Numbered from the stretch's first letter, positions 32,514 to 42,274 are shown. The stretch is DNA of 64,000 bases from an uncultured Candidatus Rokubacteria bacterium (GCA_963758635.1 CAVWWD010000007.1:416001-480000); one strand, 5' to 3'. Numbers and translations are program-made. The notes: a model not told the origin generated them from the letters alone.

Positions 32514-33559
32514 ATGCGACACATCGGACTCTTCCTCGAGGAGCTGCGCACCGGCGCGACCGACGCCGAGTTCTTCCGCGAGCTGATCCAGACCGTCGAC
32601 CCGCGGAGGAATGCGGCCTGGACGGCGTCTGGCTCGGCGAGATCCACTTCCTGCCCAGCCGCTCCGTGCTGTCGTCGCCCCTCGTGACCGCCGCCGCCCT
32701 CGTCACCCGGACGCGCCGGATCTGCGTGGGGACGGCCGTGCACGTGATCCCGCTGCGCAACCCGCTGGGCGTGGCCGAGGACGTGGCCACGCTCGACCAC
32801 CTGAGCGGGGGGCGCTTCGAGTTCGGCATCGGCCGCAGCGGCTCGCCGCGGGCCTACGACCTCCTGGGCATCCCGTACACGGAGAGCCAGGGACGCCTCT
32901 TCGAGGCGCTGGAGGTGATGCGCGAGGCCTGGAAGGGCAAGACGTTCAGCTTCCACGGCACGTACTTCGACGTGGCCGACGCCACCGTGGCCCCGCGCCC
33001 GCTCCAGACGCCGCACCCCCCGGTGCGCATCGCCGCGCTCAACCCCGGGTCGTTCGTCCGCGCCGCCGAGCTCGGGCTGCACATCTTCGTGGGGCTCCGC
33101 GGCACGGACATCTCGGTGCTGCGCGGGCACATCGAGCGCTACCAGGAGACGTGGCGCGCCGCCGGCCATCCCGGCGAGGGCAGCGTCTACCTGCGCATCC
33201 CGCTCTACGCCGGTCCGACCGACACCGCCGCCATCGAGGAGTCGCGCGAGAGCATCGCGTACTACTTCCACCGGCAGTCCGAGATGGCGCGCGCGGGGAC
33301 GGGCAGCGGCACCCGGACCACGGGCGAGCGCCTGGCCCAGGCCGACGAGCTCGCCGGGCTCTCGTACGATCACATCCTCCGCGAGCGCGTCGTGGTGGGG
33401 AGCGCGGCGACCCTCGTGGCGCGGCTCTCCGAGCTCTCGCGGGAGCTCCACCTGGACGGCATCATCGTGGAGCCGAACGCGGGCGGGATGATCCCGCTCG
33501 GGCCGATGATGGAGAGCCTCCGCATCCTCGCCCGCGAGGTCGCCCCGCAGCTCCGCTGA
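32514..33559 (+). CDS. LLM-class flavin-dependent oxidoreductase (frameshift ~32600)
   Basis: MRHIGLF... GEIHF, GTAVHVIPLRNPLGVAEDVATLDHLSGGRFEFGIGR, PRPLQTPHPPV. Confidence 0.88.
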
Positions 33560-33841
33560 CGCCCGCTCCCGGCCGCACCCCACGTAAGACTGACTCGGTA
33601 GCCCGGTTCGCCCACGGGCGCCGTCTGCACGCTCCGCGATGCGCGATGCGCCCCCGGTCGCGTCTCGCGATCCTCTCCGCGCGCTCGGTGGCCGCGCGCC
33701 CGTCCATCCGAAGGCGCTCGCGCCGCGGATGTCTCCCGTGGCACCCCCCTTGCACCCCGCGGACGGGCAGACGCGAGGCGGTCGCCGCGATCGATCGAGC
33801 GAGCGACCACCGGCGCGCGAACCATCTTCAGGAGGCGCGAG

Positions 33842-34043
33842 ATGGCGAAGGCCAAGACGACGACGAAGAGCAAGAGCCGGGGACGGATGCGCGCGAAGGC
33901 GACGACCGGAGCGCGGCAGGCCGCGGAAGGCGGCGAAGCAGCCGGCCGTCCGCGCGCGGCGCGGTCAGTCTGGCTCCCCGGCCGCCGAGGGACGGGATGG
34001 CGGCCGACCCGGAGCAGCAGCTCCCGGACGAGTGAGCCGATGA
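33842..34043 (+). CDS. Small Lys/Arg/Ala-rich protein (probable frameshift ~33925)
   Basis: AGGAGG RBS, then MAKAKTTTKSKSRGRMRAK. The alternative frame ends at TGA 34043, overlapping the topoisomerase ATG (ATGA). Confidence 0.4.
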
Positions 34044-35192
34044 CGCATCCGCGCGCCGCGATGATCGGGCGGGGCGGCGCGCGGCGGCTCTCCGTCACCC
34101 GGCCGGCGCCGCCCGCCGCCGAGGGCGCATCGCTCGCGAGGAGCGCCGGGCTCCGGTACGTCACGGACGACGCGCCGGGCATCCGCCGTGTCCGGGCCGG
34201 CCGCGGCTTCGTGTACCGCGATGCCGCCGGCCGGCGCGTCCGGGACGCGGTCACGCTGGCGCGGATCCGGTCCCTGGCGATCCCGCCCGCGTGGACCGAC
34301 GTGTGGATCTGCCCGGGCGAGAGCGGCCATGTGCAGGCGACGGGGCGGGACGCGCGCGGGCGTAAGCAGCACCGCTACCACCCCCGCTGGCAGGCCGTCA
34401 GCGACGAGACGAAGTTCCACCGCATGATCGCGTTCGGGCGCGCGCTGCCGCGGATCCGCCGGCGCGTGGAGGCCGACCTGTCCGCGCCGCGCGCTGTCCC
34501 GGGAGAAGGTCCTCGCCACGATCGTGCGCCTCCTCGAGCGCACGCTCATCCGGGTGGGCAATCGCGAGTACGCGCGCGCCAACGGCTCCTTCGGCCTCAC
34601 CACCCTCCGCGCCCGGCACGTGGACGTGACGGGCGCGGCGGTGCGCTTCGAGTTCCGCGGCAAGCGCGGCATCGAGCACTGCATCGACCTGCGTGACCGC
34701 CGCCTCGCCCGAATCGTTCGCCAGTGCCAGGAGCTGCCCGGCCACGAGCTCTTCCAGTGGATCGACGCCAGCGGCGCGCGCTCCACCGTGGACTCCGCCG
34801 ACGTGAACGCGTACCTCCGGGAGCTGACCGGCGAGGACTTCACCTCGAAGGACTTCCGGACGTGGGCGGGCACCGTGCTCGCGGCGCGCGCGCTCGGGGG
34901 GCTGCCGCCCGCTCCGTCGGAGACGGCGGCGCGGAAGGGCCTCGTGCGGGCGGTGGACGCCGTGGCCCGCCGGCTCGGCAACACGCGAGCGGTCTGCCGG
35001 CGGTCCTACGTGCACCCGGCGATCTTCGACGCCTACCTCGACGGCGGACTTCCCGCGTGTCCGCCGGGGCCCGAGCCGATCCGTCCCCGCCTCGGGCTCA
35101 CGCCGGAGGAGCGGGCGGTGCTGAGGTTCCTCCAGCACCACGACCGCGCGGCGCGGGCCGGGCGGAGCCGCCCGGCGGCCTGCGCGAGCTGA
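34040..35192 (+). CDS. Bacterial (poxvirus-like) DNA topoisomerase IB (frameshift ~34490)
   Basis: GLRYVTDDAPGIRR, IPPAWTDVWIC, ATGRDARGRKQHRYH, IRVGNREY, FRGKRG, SKDFRTW, LGNTRAVCRRSYVHP (catalytic Tyr). Confidence 0.92.
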
Positions 35193-35204
35193 CGGCGCCC
35201 AGGG

Positions 35205-35982
35205 TCAGGGCCGGACCGCGGGCGTCTCCATCGGCATCCCGCGCGCCCGCCACATCAGGTAGAGCTCGAGGTCCACCATCTCCGGCGCGCCGTACGCGTA
35301 CGGCTCCGCCCGCATTCCCACCAGGCAGTTCCGCAGCCGGCGCTGGAGCGACCCCAGGGCTTGCCACTCCAGGCGGTAGAGGGGATAGCCGGTCGGGTGC
35401 GCCTCGGGCACAACGTTGCCGGCGAGCCGCCGCCCCGCGTACTGCGTCGTGGCACTGGGCGCACGAGAGGTTGAGCTGACCCTGCCGGCGCTCGAAGGTC
35501 TGCCGGCCCGCGTCGAGGAAGGGCCGGGTCCGCGCATCGACGGGCGGGTCGATGGGCATCCCGCGTGACTGCCGCGCCACGTAGGCGGCCAGCGCGAGCA
35601 GCTCGCGGCTCTCCGGGGCGAGGGCGGGCGCCTGCTGGCGATCCAGGCGGCAGGCGTTGATGCGCTGCTCGAGGTTCACCGGCCGCCCGAGCGCGGCGCT
35701 CCACGCGGGATGACGGGCGGCGACGCCCTTCATGCTCGTCCGCGCGTCGCCGTGACAGTCCGCGCACGCGCGCCCCGCCGCTCCCGCCTTCTGCTTCCAC
35801 AGCGCCTCGCCCTCGAGCACCCAGAGCTGGCCCGGGTTGGCGGTGTCGTCGTCCTGCATCGCGCGCGTCTCCGGGCTCATGAAGTCGTAGCCCGACCGGC
35901 GATCGGAGGGCGGGGCCTGGGCCGCGGCCGCCGCCGTCAGGGCGAGGGCGGCGCACACAGCGGGAAGGAGGGAGCGGGGCAC
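35205..35982 (-). CDS. soxA: SoxA-like diheme cytochrome c (frameshift ~35440)
   Basis: CADCH, EQRINACR, GQLNLSCAQCH, YPLYRLEWQALGSLQRRLRNCLVGMRAEP, PAVRP. Confidence 0.88.
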
Positions 35983-35983
35983 C

Positions 35984-36304
35984 TCAGCCGACGGTGATGG
36001 CGGCCGACTCCGTGGCCGAGAAGCCGTTGTCGCCCGTCCAGTGGAACTGGATGGTGCCGCTCTCGGTGGCGACGGTGGAGAAGACGATGAACGGGTTGGC
36101 GGAGATCGCGGGGTGCAGGTCGGCCCGGAAGATCTCGGCGCCGTTGTACGTGCAGACGAACTTCCGGATGATGTTGCGCGGGATCGCCTCGCCGATCTGC
36201 GTGCGCCGATACCCGGTCTCCATGTCGTGCGAGATCAGCGTCTTGATCTCGATGACCTCGCCGCGCCGGGCGCGCGCGGGCACGTTGACGAGCACGCGGG
36301 CCAT
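35984..36304 (-). CDS. soxZ: Sulfur carrier protein SoxZ
   Basis: IKTLISHDMETGYRR, AISANPFIVF, WTGDNG. Confidence 0.9.
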   Translation of the reverse strand: MARVLVNVPARARRGEVIEIKTLISHDMETGYRRTQIGEAIPRNIIRKFVCTYNGAEIFRADLHPAISANPFIVFSTVATESGTIQFHWTGDNGFSATESAAITVG

Positions 36305-36390
36305 CGCTAGATCCTCATCATTCGCGAGTGAAGGCGGATCGTGAACAGCGCGTCAGTCCGCTGACCCTGGTCATGCATAGGCCGGGCGAA

Positions 36391-36467
36391 TGAGCCCCAC
36401 GCATCAGACCAATGCCGAGCGGTGGGATTGTAGAGGTCCGTGGCGGCGACCACATTCTGCGAGGTCA
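36391..36467 (+). mobile_element. MITE-like element copy 3 (77 bp, abutting the soxY stop codon)
   Basis: TGAGCCCCACGCATCAGACCAATGCCGAGCGGTGGGATTGTAGAGG...TGCGAGGTCA, followed by TTAG. Confidence 0.8.
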
Positions 36468-36938
36468 TTAGGGCGCCTCCTCCAGACAGGCCGCGAGCGT
36501 GACGACGATGCTCGCGGTGGCCGACCAGACGCTGCCGTCGGCCAGCTCGCAGAGCGCCACCACCGACTGCGTGTCGGCCAGGCGCACCCGCGTCGACACG
36601 CGCGCCCGTCCCGCGCGGGGCCCCAGGTGGAACGACACGACGTTCGGCTGCGGGTTCTTCTCGGTGAACACGTGGATGGCCTTGACGTGATCCGCCTCCG
36701 TCATCGGGCTGTCCACGGAGATGGTGAGGGGCACGGCGTTGCCGTTCTCGATGAGAGGCGGCAGCTCGAGCTTCACCCGGCCAGGCTGGATCCGCGCCGC
36801 GCCCACCGCGTGACGGATGGCCTCCTGCATGGCCGCAGGCGTGGCGTGAGCATGCTCGACCCGCACGGCGAGCGCGGCGCCGAGGCCGATGGCGGCCCCG
36901 CCCGCCGCGCGCAGGAACTCGCGTCGCGAGGAACGCAT
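36468..36938 (-). CDS. soxY: SoxY-related sulfur carrier with non-canonical C-terminus (VTLAACLEEAP)
   Basis: Tat signal SSRREFL, PPLIENGNAVP, EKNPQP, STRVRLADTQ. Confidence 0.85.
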   Translation of the reverse strand: MRSSRREFLRAAGGAAIGLGAALAVRVEHAHATPAAMQEAIRHAVGAARIQPGRVKLELPPLIENGNAVPLTISVDSPMTEADHVKAIHVFTEKNPQPNVVSFHLGPRAGRARVSTRVRLADTQSVVALCELADGSVWSATASIVVTLAACLEEAP

Positions 36939-36943
36939 GCTCG

Positions 36944-37357
36944 TCAGTCCGTGAGCGTCGTCAGGAAGGCCACCACGTCCTCGATCTGCTCCGCGGTCAG
37001 GATCGGCTTGCCGCGCCACGCCGGGGCCACGCGCACCAGGCCGTCCGTCCTATGATACGCCGGCATGATCGTGGCGGGGTTGACCCGGCCGGAATCGACG
37101 ATCCGCAGACGCAGCTGCCCCTCGGAGAGCCGGCTCCCCGCGCCCGCGAGCGGCGGCGCGAGGTCGCCCTGGAGCCGCTCCTCGGGGAACGGGCCGCTGT
37201 GGCAGAGGAGGCAGAGCCCGACCTGTCGGCTGGCCACGATGGCCCGGCCCCGCGCGGGATCCCCGCGCGTGCCGGTGAGGGACTGCGGGATCGTGTCGTC
37301 GCCCTGCGCCGCGCCGCCCCAGCACAGCACCAGCGCGAGCGCGCCGGCGAACCTCAC
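36944..37357 (-). CDS. soxX: SoxX monoheme cytochrome c
   Basis: GDPARGRAIV...GLCLLCH...GDLAPPL...TIMPAY...ILTAEQIEDVVAFL. The GTG start overlaps the upstream TGA. Confidence 0.88.
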   Translation of the reverse strand: MRFAGALALVLCWGGAAQGDDTIPQSLTGTRGDPARGRAIVASRQVGLCLLCHSGPFPEERLQGDLAPPLAGAGSRLSEGQLRLRIVDSGRVNPATIMPAYHRTDGLVRVAPAWRGKPILTAEQIEDVVAFLTTLTD

Positions 37358-38626
37358 CCGAACGTCTCGGCGGCGATGGTGCGGAACCACGCCTCGGCCA
37401 GCACCGCCTCCACCGCCCGTGTGGCGCGCGGCGCCTCCGACGGGCTGACGCCGCCCGCGCCCGGCACGTCGGCGAGCTGACCGCCCGCCGGCGTGTAGAC
37501 CCCGGCGACGGAGATCCCGTAGTCGGGCGCGACCAGGCTGTAGCACGTGTTGATCAGCTTCGGCACGGACGGCGTCGCGCCGGCGAGGAGCTGGGCCACC
37601 GCCGCCGCGCAGACCTTCGCCTGCGAGTTGGCGGCGAAGGCCGACTTGGGCATGCCGCCGGCGATCGCCGCGTCGCCGATCACGTGGATGCCGGGCTGGA
37701 GCTTCGACTCGAACGTGGCCGGGTCGATCGGGCACCAGCCCGTGCGGTCGGCGACGCCGGCGGCCTCGGCGATCCGCCCGGCCCGCTGGGGCGGGATGAC
37801 GTTGGCCACCGCCGCGGTGTGCCGGCCGAAGTCGGTGACCAGCGTGCGCGTGGCCGGATCGACCGACGTCGACGGCGCCGCCCTTGGACAGCGGCACCCA
37901 CTCGAGGAGGCCCGAGTAGAGGTCGGTCCACGCCGCCTGGAACAGGCGCTGCTTCGAGAACGCGTCCTTCGCGTCGAGCACGATCAGCTTGGAGCGCGGC
38001 TTCTTCGTCTTCAGGTAGTGGGCGATCAGGCTCGCCCGCTCGTAGGGGCCGGGCGGGCAGCGGAACGGGTTCGCGGGGGCGGAGATCACCACGAGCCCGC
38101 CGTCGGGCATCGCCTCGAGCTGCCGGCGCAGCAGCAGCGTCTGCTCGCCGGCGCGCCACGCGTGCGGCATGTGGGCGGCCGCCGCCTCGTCGTAGCCGGG
38201 CAGCGCGCCCCAGCGGATGTCGATGCCCGGCGAGAGCACCAGCCGGTCGTACGGCAGGCGCGCGCCGTCGGCCAGCGTGACCGATCGCGCCTGCGGGTCC
38301 ACCGCGGTGGCCGTGCTCCGCACGATCGTGATGCCGTCGGCGGCGACGCGCTCGTAGGTGAACTGCTGCGCGCCGATCTCCCGGAGCCCGCCGATGACGG
38401 CGTTGCTGAACGGGCACGCGGTGAAGGTGGCGCCGGGCTCGACCAGGGTCACCGCGATGCGCGGATCGAGCGCGCGGAGCGCGCGGGCCGCGCCCACGCC
38501 GCCGAAGCCGCCGCCCACCACGACCACGCGCGGCGCGGCGCGCTGCGCGTGCGCGCGCGCCGGCCGGAGCGTGGCGGCGAGGGCGGCCGCCCCCAGCCCG
38601 AGGAACGCCCGGCGGCTCGTCCTCAT
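37354..38626 (-). CDS. fccB: Flavocytochrome c sulfide dehydrogenase flavoprotein (FccB/SoxF-like) (frameshift ~37870)
   Basis: Tat signal SRRAFL, VVVVGGGFGG, CPFSN, FRCPPGPYERA, MPKSAFAANSQ, NTCYS. Confidence 0.88.
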
Positions 38627-38913
38627 TTCTGGCTCGCGTACCAGGCCGCGATGGCCTGGACCTCGGCCTCGGTGAAGCCCTTCGCGAGCCGGTCCATGAC
38701 GGTGGCGATCCGCTGCCCGCCGCGGAACTCCTGCATGGCGCGGACGATGGCGGCGGCGTCCTGACCGGCGAGGCGGGGAACGGGGGAGGTGACGCGGGTC
38801 GAGGTGGGATGACACCCGGTGCACGCGGCGGCGCCGGGCGGGGGCTCGGCCGCCGCCGTGGCCGCGGCGATCGTGGTGATCGCGATCGCCGCGGCCAGGG
38901 ACGGAAGGAGCAA
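38623..38913 (-). CDS. Small monoheme cytochrome c (FccA/c553-like)
   Basis: Signal peptide, CTGCH, PRLAGQ, TVMDRLAKG. Confidence 0.85.
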   Translation of the reverse strand: MLLPSLAAAIAITTIAAATAAAEPPPGAAACTGCHPTSTRVTSPVPRLAGQDAAAIVRAMQEFRGGQRIATVMDRLAKGFTEAEVQAIAAWYASQK

Positions 38914-38916
38914 CGG

Positions 38917-41139
38917 CTACACCATCGTGATGCCGTGGTTCTTGAGCGGGACGCTCCGGATGCGCTTGCCGGTGGCCGCGAAGTAGGCGTTCAGCACGGC
39001 CGGCGCGGCCACGCAGATGGTGGGCTCGCCGATGCCGCCCCAGAACCCGCCGGACGGCATGACGATCGACTCCACCTTCGGCATCTGCTTGATGCGCATC
39101 GAGTCGTAGTCGTGGAAGTTGGTCTGCTCGATGCGGCCGTCCTTGACCGTGCACTCCTCCATGAAGAGCGCGGACAGCCCGTACACGAACGACCCCGCGA
39201 TCTGCCGCTCGATCTGCGCGGGGTTGACCGCGTGGCCGGGATCGGTGGCGGCCACGATGCGCTGCACCTTGATCTTGTTGCCGTCGGTCACCGTGATCTC
39301 GGCGCACGCCGCCACGTAGCTGTTGAAAGCCATCATCTGCGCGAGCCCGCGGTGCACGCCGGGCGCCGCCGGCTTGCCCCAGCCCGCGCGGTCGGCCACC
39401 GCGTTGAGCACGGCCAGGTGCTTGGGATGCTTGGCCATCAACGTCCGTCGGAACTCCAACGGGTCCTTGCCCGCGGCGTGGGCCAGCTCGTCCATGAAGC
39501 ACTCGAGGTAGATCGCGTTCTGGTTGATGTTCACGCCACGCCAGAAGCCGGGCGGGACGTGCGTGTTGCGCATGGCGTGGTCGATCAGGAGGTTCGGCAC
39601 GGTGTAGCCGATCCCGAATTCGCCGCTCGGATTGAGGCCCTGGAACACCACCGGGTCGCGGCCCTGCTGCAGGGCCTCGGGGCGCACGGCGGCGAGGATC
39701 GACTGACCGGAGATCCGCATGTGCAGGCCGACGAGGTTGCCGCCGGCGTCGAGGCCGCCCACGAGCTTGCACTGGGTGACGGGGTGATAGCGGCCGTGCA
39801 GCATGTCCTCCTCGCGCGACCAGATCAACTTGATCGGGACGCCCGGCACCTGCTTGGCGATGAGGACGGCCTGGGTCACGTAGTCGTGGAAGGCGCCCCG
39901 GCGGCCGAACCCGCCGCCGAGGTGGATCTTGTAGACCTCGCACTTGTCGGCGGGGAGACCGGACGCGGCGAGCGTGGCCGCGAACGCCGCCTCGCCGTTC
40001 TGCGTCGGCACCCACACCTCGCAGCGCTCCGGCGTATAGCGCGCGGTGGCGTTCATCGACTCCATGGGCGCGTGGTTCTGGAACGGGTAGGCGTACACCG
40101 CCTCGACCTTCTTCGCGGCGCCGGTGATGGCCGTCTTCACATCGCCCACCTGGTTGGCCACGAACGCCTGGTCGGCGTCGAGACCCTCCTTGAGCATGGC
40201 CGCGATGTCCGCGCTCGACACCTTCGCGTGCTTGCCCTCGTCCCACGTGACGGGCAGCGCGTCCAGCGCGGTCTTGGCCTGCCACCAGGTGTCGGCCACC
40301 ACCGCCACCGCCGAGTCGCCCACCTGTAGCACGTGCTTGACGCCGGGCATGCCCTTCACCTTCGCCGCCTCGAAGCTCTTCACCTTGCCCTCGAACACCG
40401 GGCAGTCACGGATGGCGGCGTTCAGCATCCCGGGCAGCTTCAGGTCCATGCCGTAGACCTGCGAGCCGTCGACCTTGGGCGCGGTATCCAGGCGCTTGAC
40501 CGGCTTGCCGATGAGCTTCCAGTCCTTCGGATCCTTGAGCGGCACGTTGGCGGGCGGGCTGAGCCGCGAGGCCGCCTCCGCCACCTTGCCGTACGTGGTC
40601 TTGCGGCCGGACGGGCCGTGCGTGATCACGCTGTTCGCGGCCGTGCACTCGCCGGCGGGGACGCTCCACGCGTTGGCCGCGGCCTGGATCAGCATGACGC
40701 GGGCGGTGGCGCCGCCCTGGCGCACGTACTGATGCGACTCGCGGATGCCGCGGCTGCCACCGGTCGAGAAGTCGCCCCACACTCGCTTGCGCGCCACGCT
40801 CTGGCCGGGGGTCGGGTACTCGGTCGTGACCTTCGACCAGTCGCACTCGAGCTCCTCGACCACCATCTGCGCGAGGCCCGTGAGCGTGCCCTGTCCCATC
40901 TCCGAGCGCGCGATCCGGATCACCACGGTGTCGTCGGGGCGGATGACCACCCAGTGCGTCACCTCGGGCGGGGCGGCCGCGCCCTGAGCGCCGGCGAGGC
41001 GCCCGCCGAGCGGCAGGTTCAGGCCAAGGGCGAGGCCGCCGCCGGCGGCGGCGGTGCCGATGATGAACGAGCGACGATCGATCTGCCGACCGGGTCGGTC
41101 GGCGTTGGGATCATGTGCTTTCCGGGCGTCGGTGATCAT
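38917..41139 (-). CDS. Xanthine-oxidase-family molybdopterin subunit (isoquinoline 1-oxidoreductase beta-like), Tat-exported
   Basis: IDRRSFII, RSEMGQG, STGGSRG, HLGGGFGRR, GFWRGV, GGIGEP. Confidence 0.9.
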   Translation of the reverse strand: MITDARKAHDPNADRPGRQIDRRSFIIGTAAAGGGLALGLNLPLGGRLAGAQGAAAPPEVTHWVVIRPDDTVVIRIARSEMGQGTLTGLAQMVVEELECDWSKVTTEYPTPGQSVARKRVWGDFSTGGSRGIRESHQYVRQGGATARVMLIQAAANAWSVPAGECTAANSVITHGPSGRKTTYGKVAEAASRLSPPANVPLKDPKDWKLIGKPVKRLDTAPKVDGSQVYGMDLKLPGMLNAAIRDCPVFEGKVKSFEAAKVKGMPGVKHVLQVGDSAVAVVADTWWQAKTALDALPVTWDEGKHAKVSSADIAAMLKEGLDADQAFVANQVGDVKTAITGAAKKVEAVYAYPFQNHAPMESMNATARYTPERCEVWVPTQNGEAAFAATLAASGLPADKCEVYKIHLGGGFGRRGAFHDYVTQAVLIAKQVPGVPIKLIWSREEDMLHGRYHPVTQCKLVGGLDAGGNLVGLHMRISGQSILAAVRPEALQQGRDPVVFQGLNPSGEFGIGYTVPNLLIDHAMRNTHVPPGFWRGVNINQNAIYLECFMDELAHAAGKDPLEFRRTLMAKHPKHLAVLNAVADRAGWGKPAAPGVHRGLAQMMAFNSYVAACAEITVTDGNKIKVQRIVAATDPGHAVNPAQIERQIAGSFVYGLSALFMEECTVKDGRIEQTNFHDYDSMRIKQMPKVESIVMPSGGFWGGIGEPTICVAAPAVLNAYFAATGKRIRSVPLKNHGITMV

Positions 41140-41150
41140 GAACGTCCCCC

Positions 41151-41600
41151 CTATGCCTTGGCCGCGGCGTGGATGGCCTCGCGCACCTGCTGGAACGTGC
41201 CGCAGCGGCAGATGTTCGTGATCGTCGCGTCGATGTCGGCGTCGGTGGGCTTGGGCTTGTCCTTCAGGAGGGCGGCCACGGCCATGATCATGCCCGACTG
41301 ACAGAAGCCGCACTGGGGCACGTCGCCGTCCACCCAGGCCTTCTGCACCTTGTGGAGGACGCCCCCGCTGGCCAGGCCCTCGATCGTGGTGACCTTCTTT
41401 CCCTCGGCGGCGGCGACGGGCAGGATGCAGGACCGCACGGCCACGCCGTCCAGGTGCACCGTGCACGATCCGCACTGCGCGATGCCGCACCCGTACTTGG
41501 TGCCGGTGAGGCCGACCTGCTCGCGGATGGCCCACAGGAGCGGCGTTCCCGGGCTGACGTTGATGTTGACCGATCGGCCGTTGATGGTGAAGCGTGCCAT
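41151..41600 (-). CDS. (2Fe-2S)-binding subunit (isoquinoline 1-oxidoreductase alpha-like)
   Basis: [30 protein letters not shown]. Confidence 0.92.
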   Translation of the reverse strand: MARFTINGRSVNINVSPGTPLLWAIREQVGLTGTKYGCGIAQCGSCTVHLDGVAVRSCILPVAAAEGKKVTTIEGLASGGVLHKVQKAWVDGDVPQCGFCQSGMIMAVAALLKDKPKPTDADIDATITNICRCGTFQQVREAIHAAAKA

Positions 41601-41873
41601 GGCGTCCCTCCCCCCGAAGGTGTAAGCGCTCAAGTTATCCGCCATCGGGCGCGCCGAGGTCAAGAGATCACGACATCAGTCGGGCCCCGGACGCTTGACG
41701 CGATGCGGCGGAGCTTCCCGATCTGCCGCCTGCGGAGCATCGACCGGGTAAGAGGTGCGCGCCTGCCAGTGGTCGCGACGGAGCGGACGCGCTGGTGCGC
41801 GTGGCACGCGCATTGCCCGGTACCTCCCGTGAGCCGACCGAGCGGGAATCGCTCGGCCAGGGAGGAGACGGCG

Positions 41874-42197
41874 ATGGTGACCATCGTGACGGAGATCAAG
41901 CTCAAGGACGGCGCGGAGCCGAAGTGGGACGAGGTCATGCGCGAGCGCATGGTGGCCGCCACCGCGCAGCCGGGCTGGGTGGGCGGCCAGCTCCTGCAGC
42001 CGGAGGGCGATCCCGGGCGCCGCGTGATCGTCGGCACGTGGCGGAGCCGCGAGGACTGGGAGCAGTGGCATGCCGATCCGAAGTTCCGCGAGACGCGGGC
42101 GCAGCTCGACGATCTCGTGCGGAGCCCGGAGGAGCACTCGTGGCACGACGTGGTGGTCGAGATCAGGAGCGGCGGAGGCTGGAGCGCCGTCGCCTGA
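41874..42197 (+). CDS. Antibiotic biosynthesis monooxygenase (ABM)-family protein
   Basis: QPGWVGGQLL...GTWRSREDWEQWH. GGAGGAG RBS. Confidence 0.8.
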   Translation: MVTIVTEIKLKDGAEPKWDEVMRERMVAATAQPGWVGGQLLQPEGDPGRRVIVGTWRSREDWEQWHADPKFRETRAQLDDLVRSPEEHSWHDVVVEIRSGGGWSAVA

Positions 42198-42206
42198 CGC
42201 GGGCCG

Positions 42207-42274
42207 TCCGCCTCAGCGGCGCGCCTCCTGCCGGACCGAGGCCGATCCGCCTCAGCGGCGCGCCTCCTGCCGGA
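42207..42274. repeat. Perfect 29-bp direct repeat (period 39) duplicating the 3' end of the DMT gene
   Basis: TCCGCCTCAGCGGCGCGCCTCCTGCCGGA at 42207-42235 and 42246-42274. Confidence 0.85.

Noticed and set aside
36944..40285. 1113-aa FccB-SoxX fusion ORF
   Set aside because: Artefact of the frameshift at ~37870. SoxX has its own start overlapping the fccB stop.
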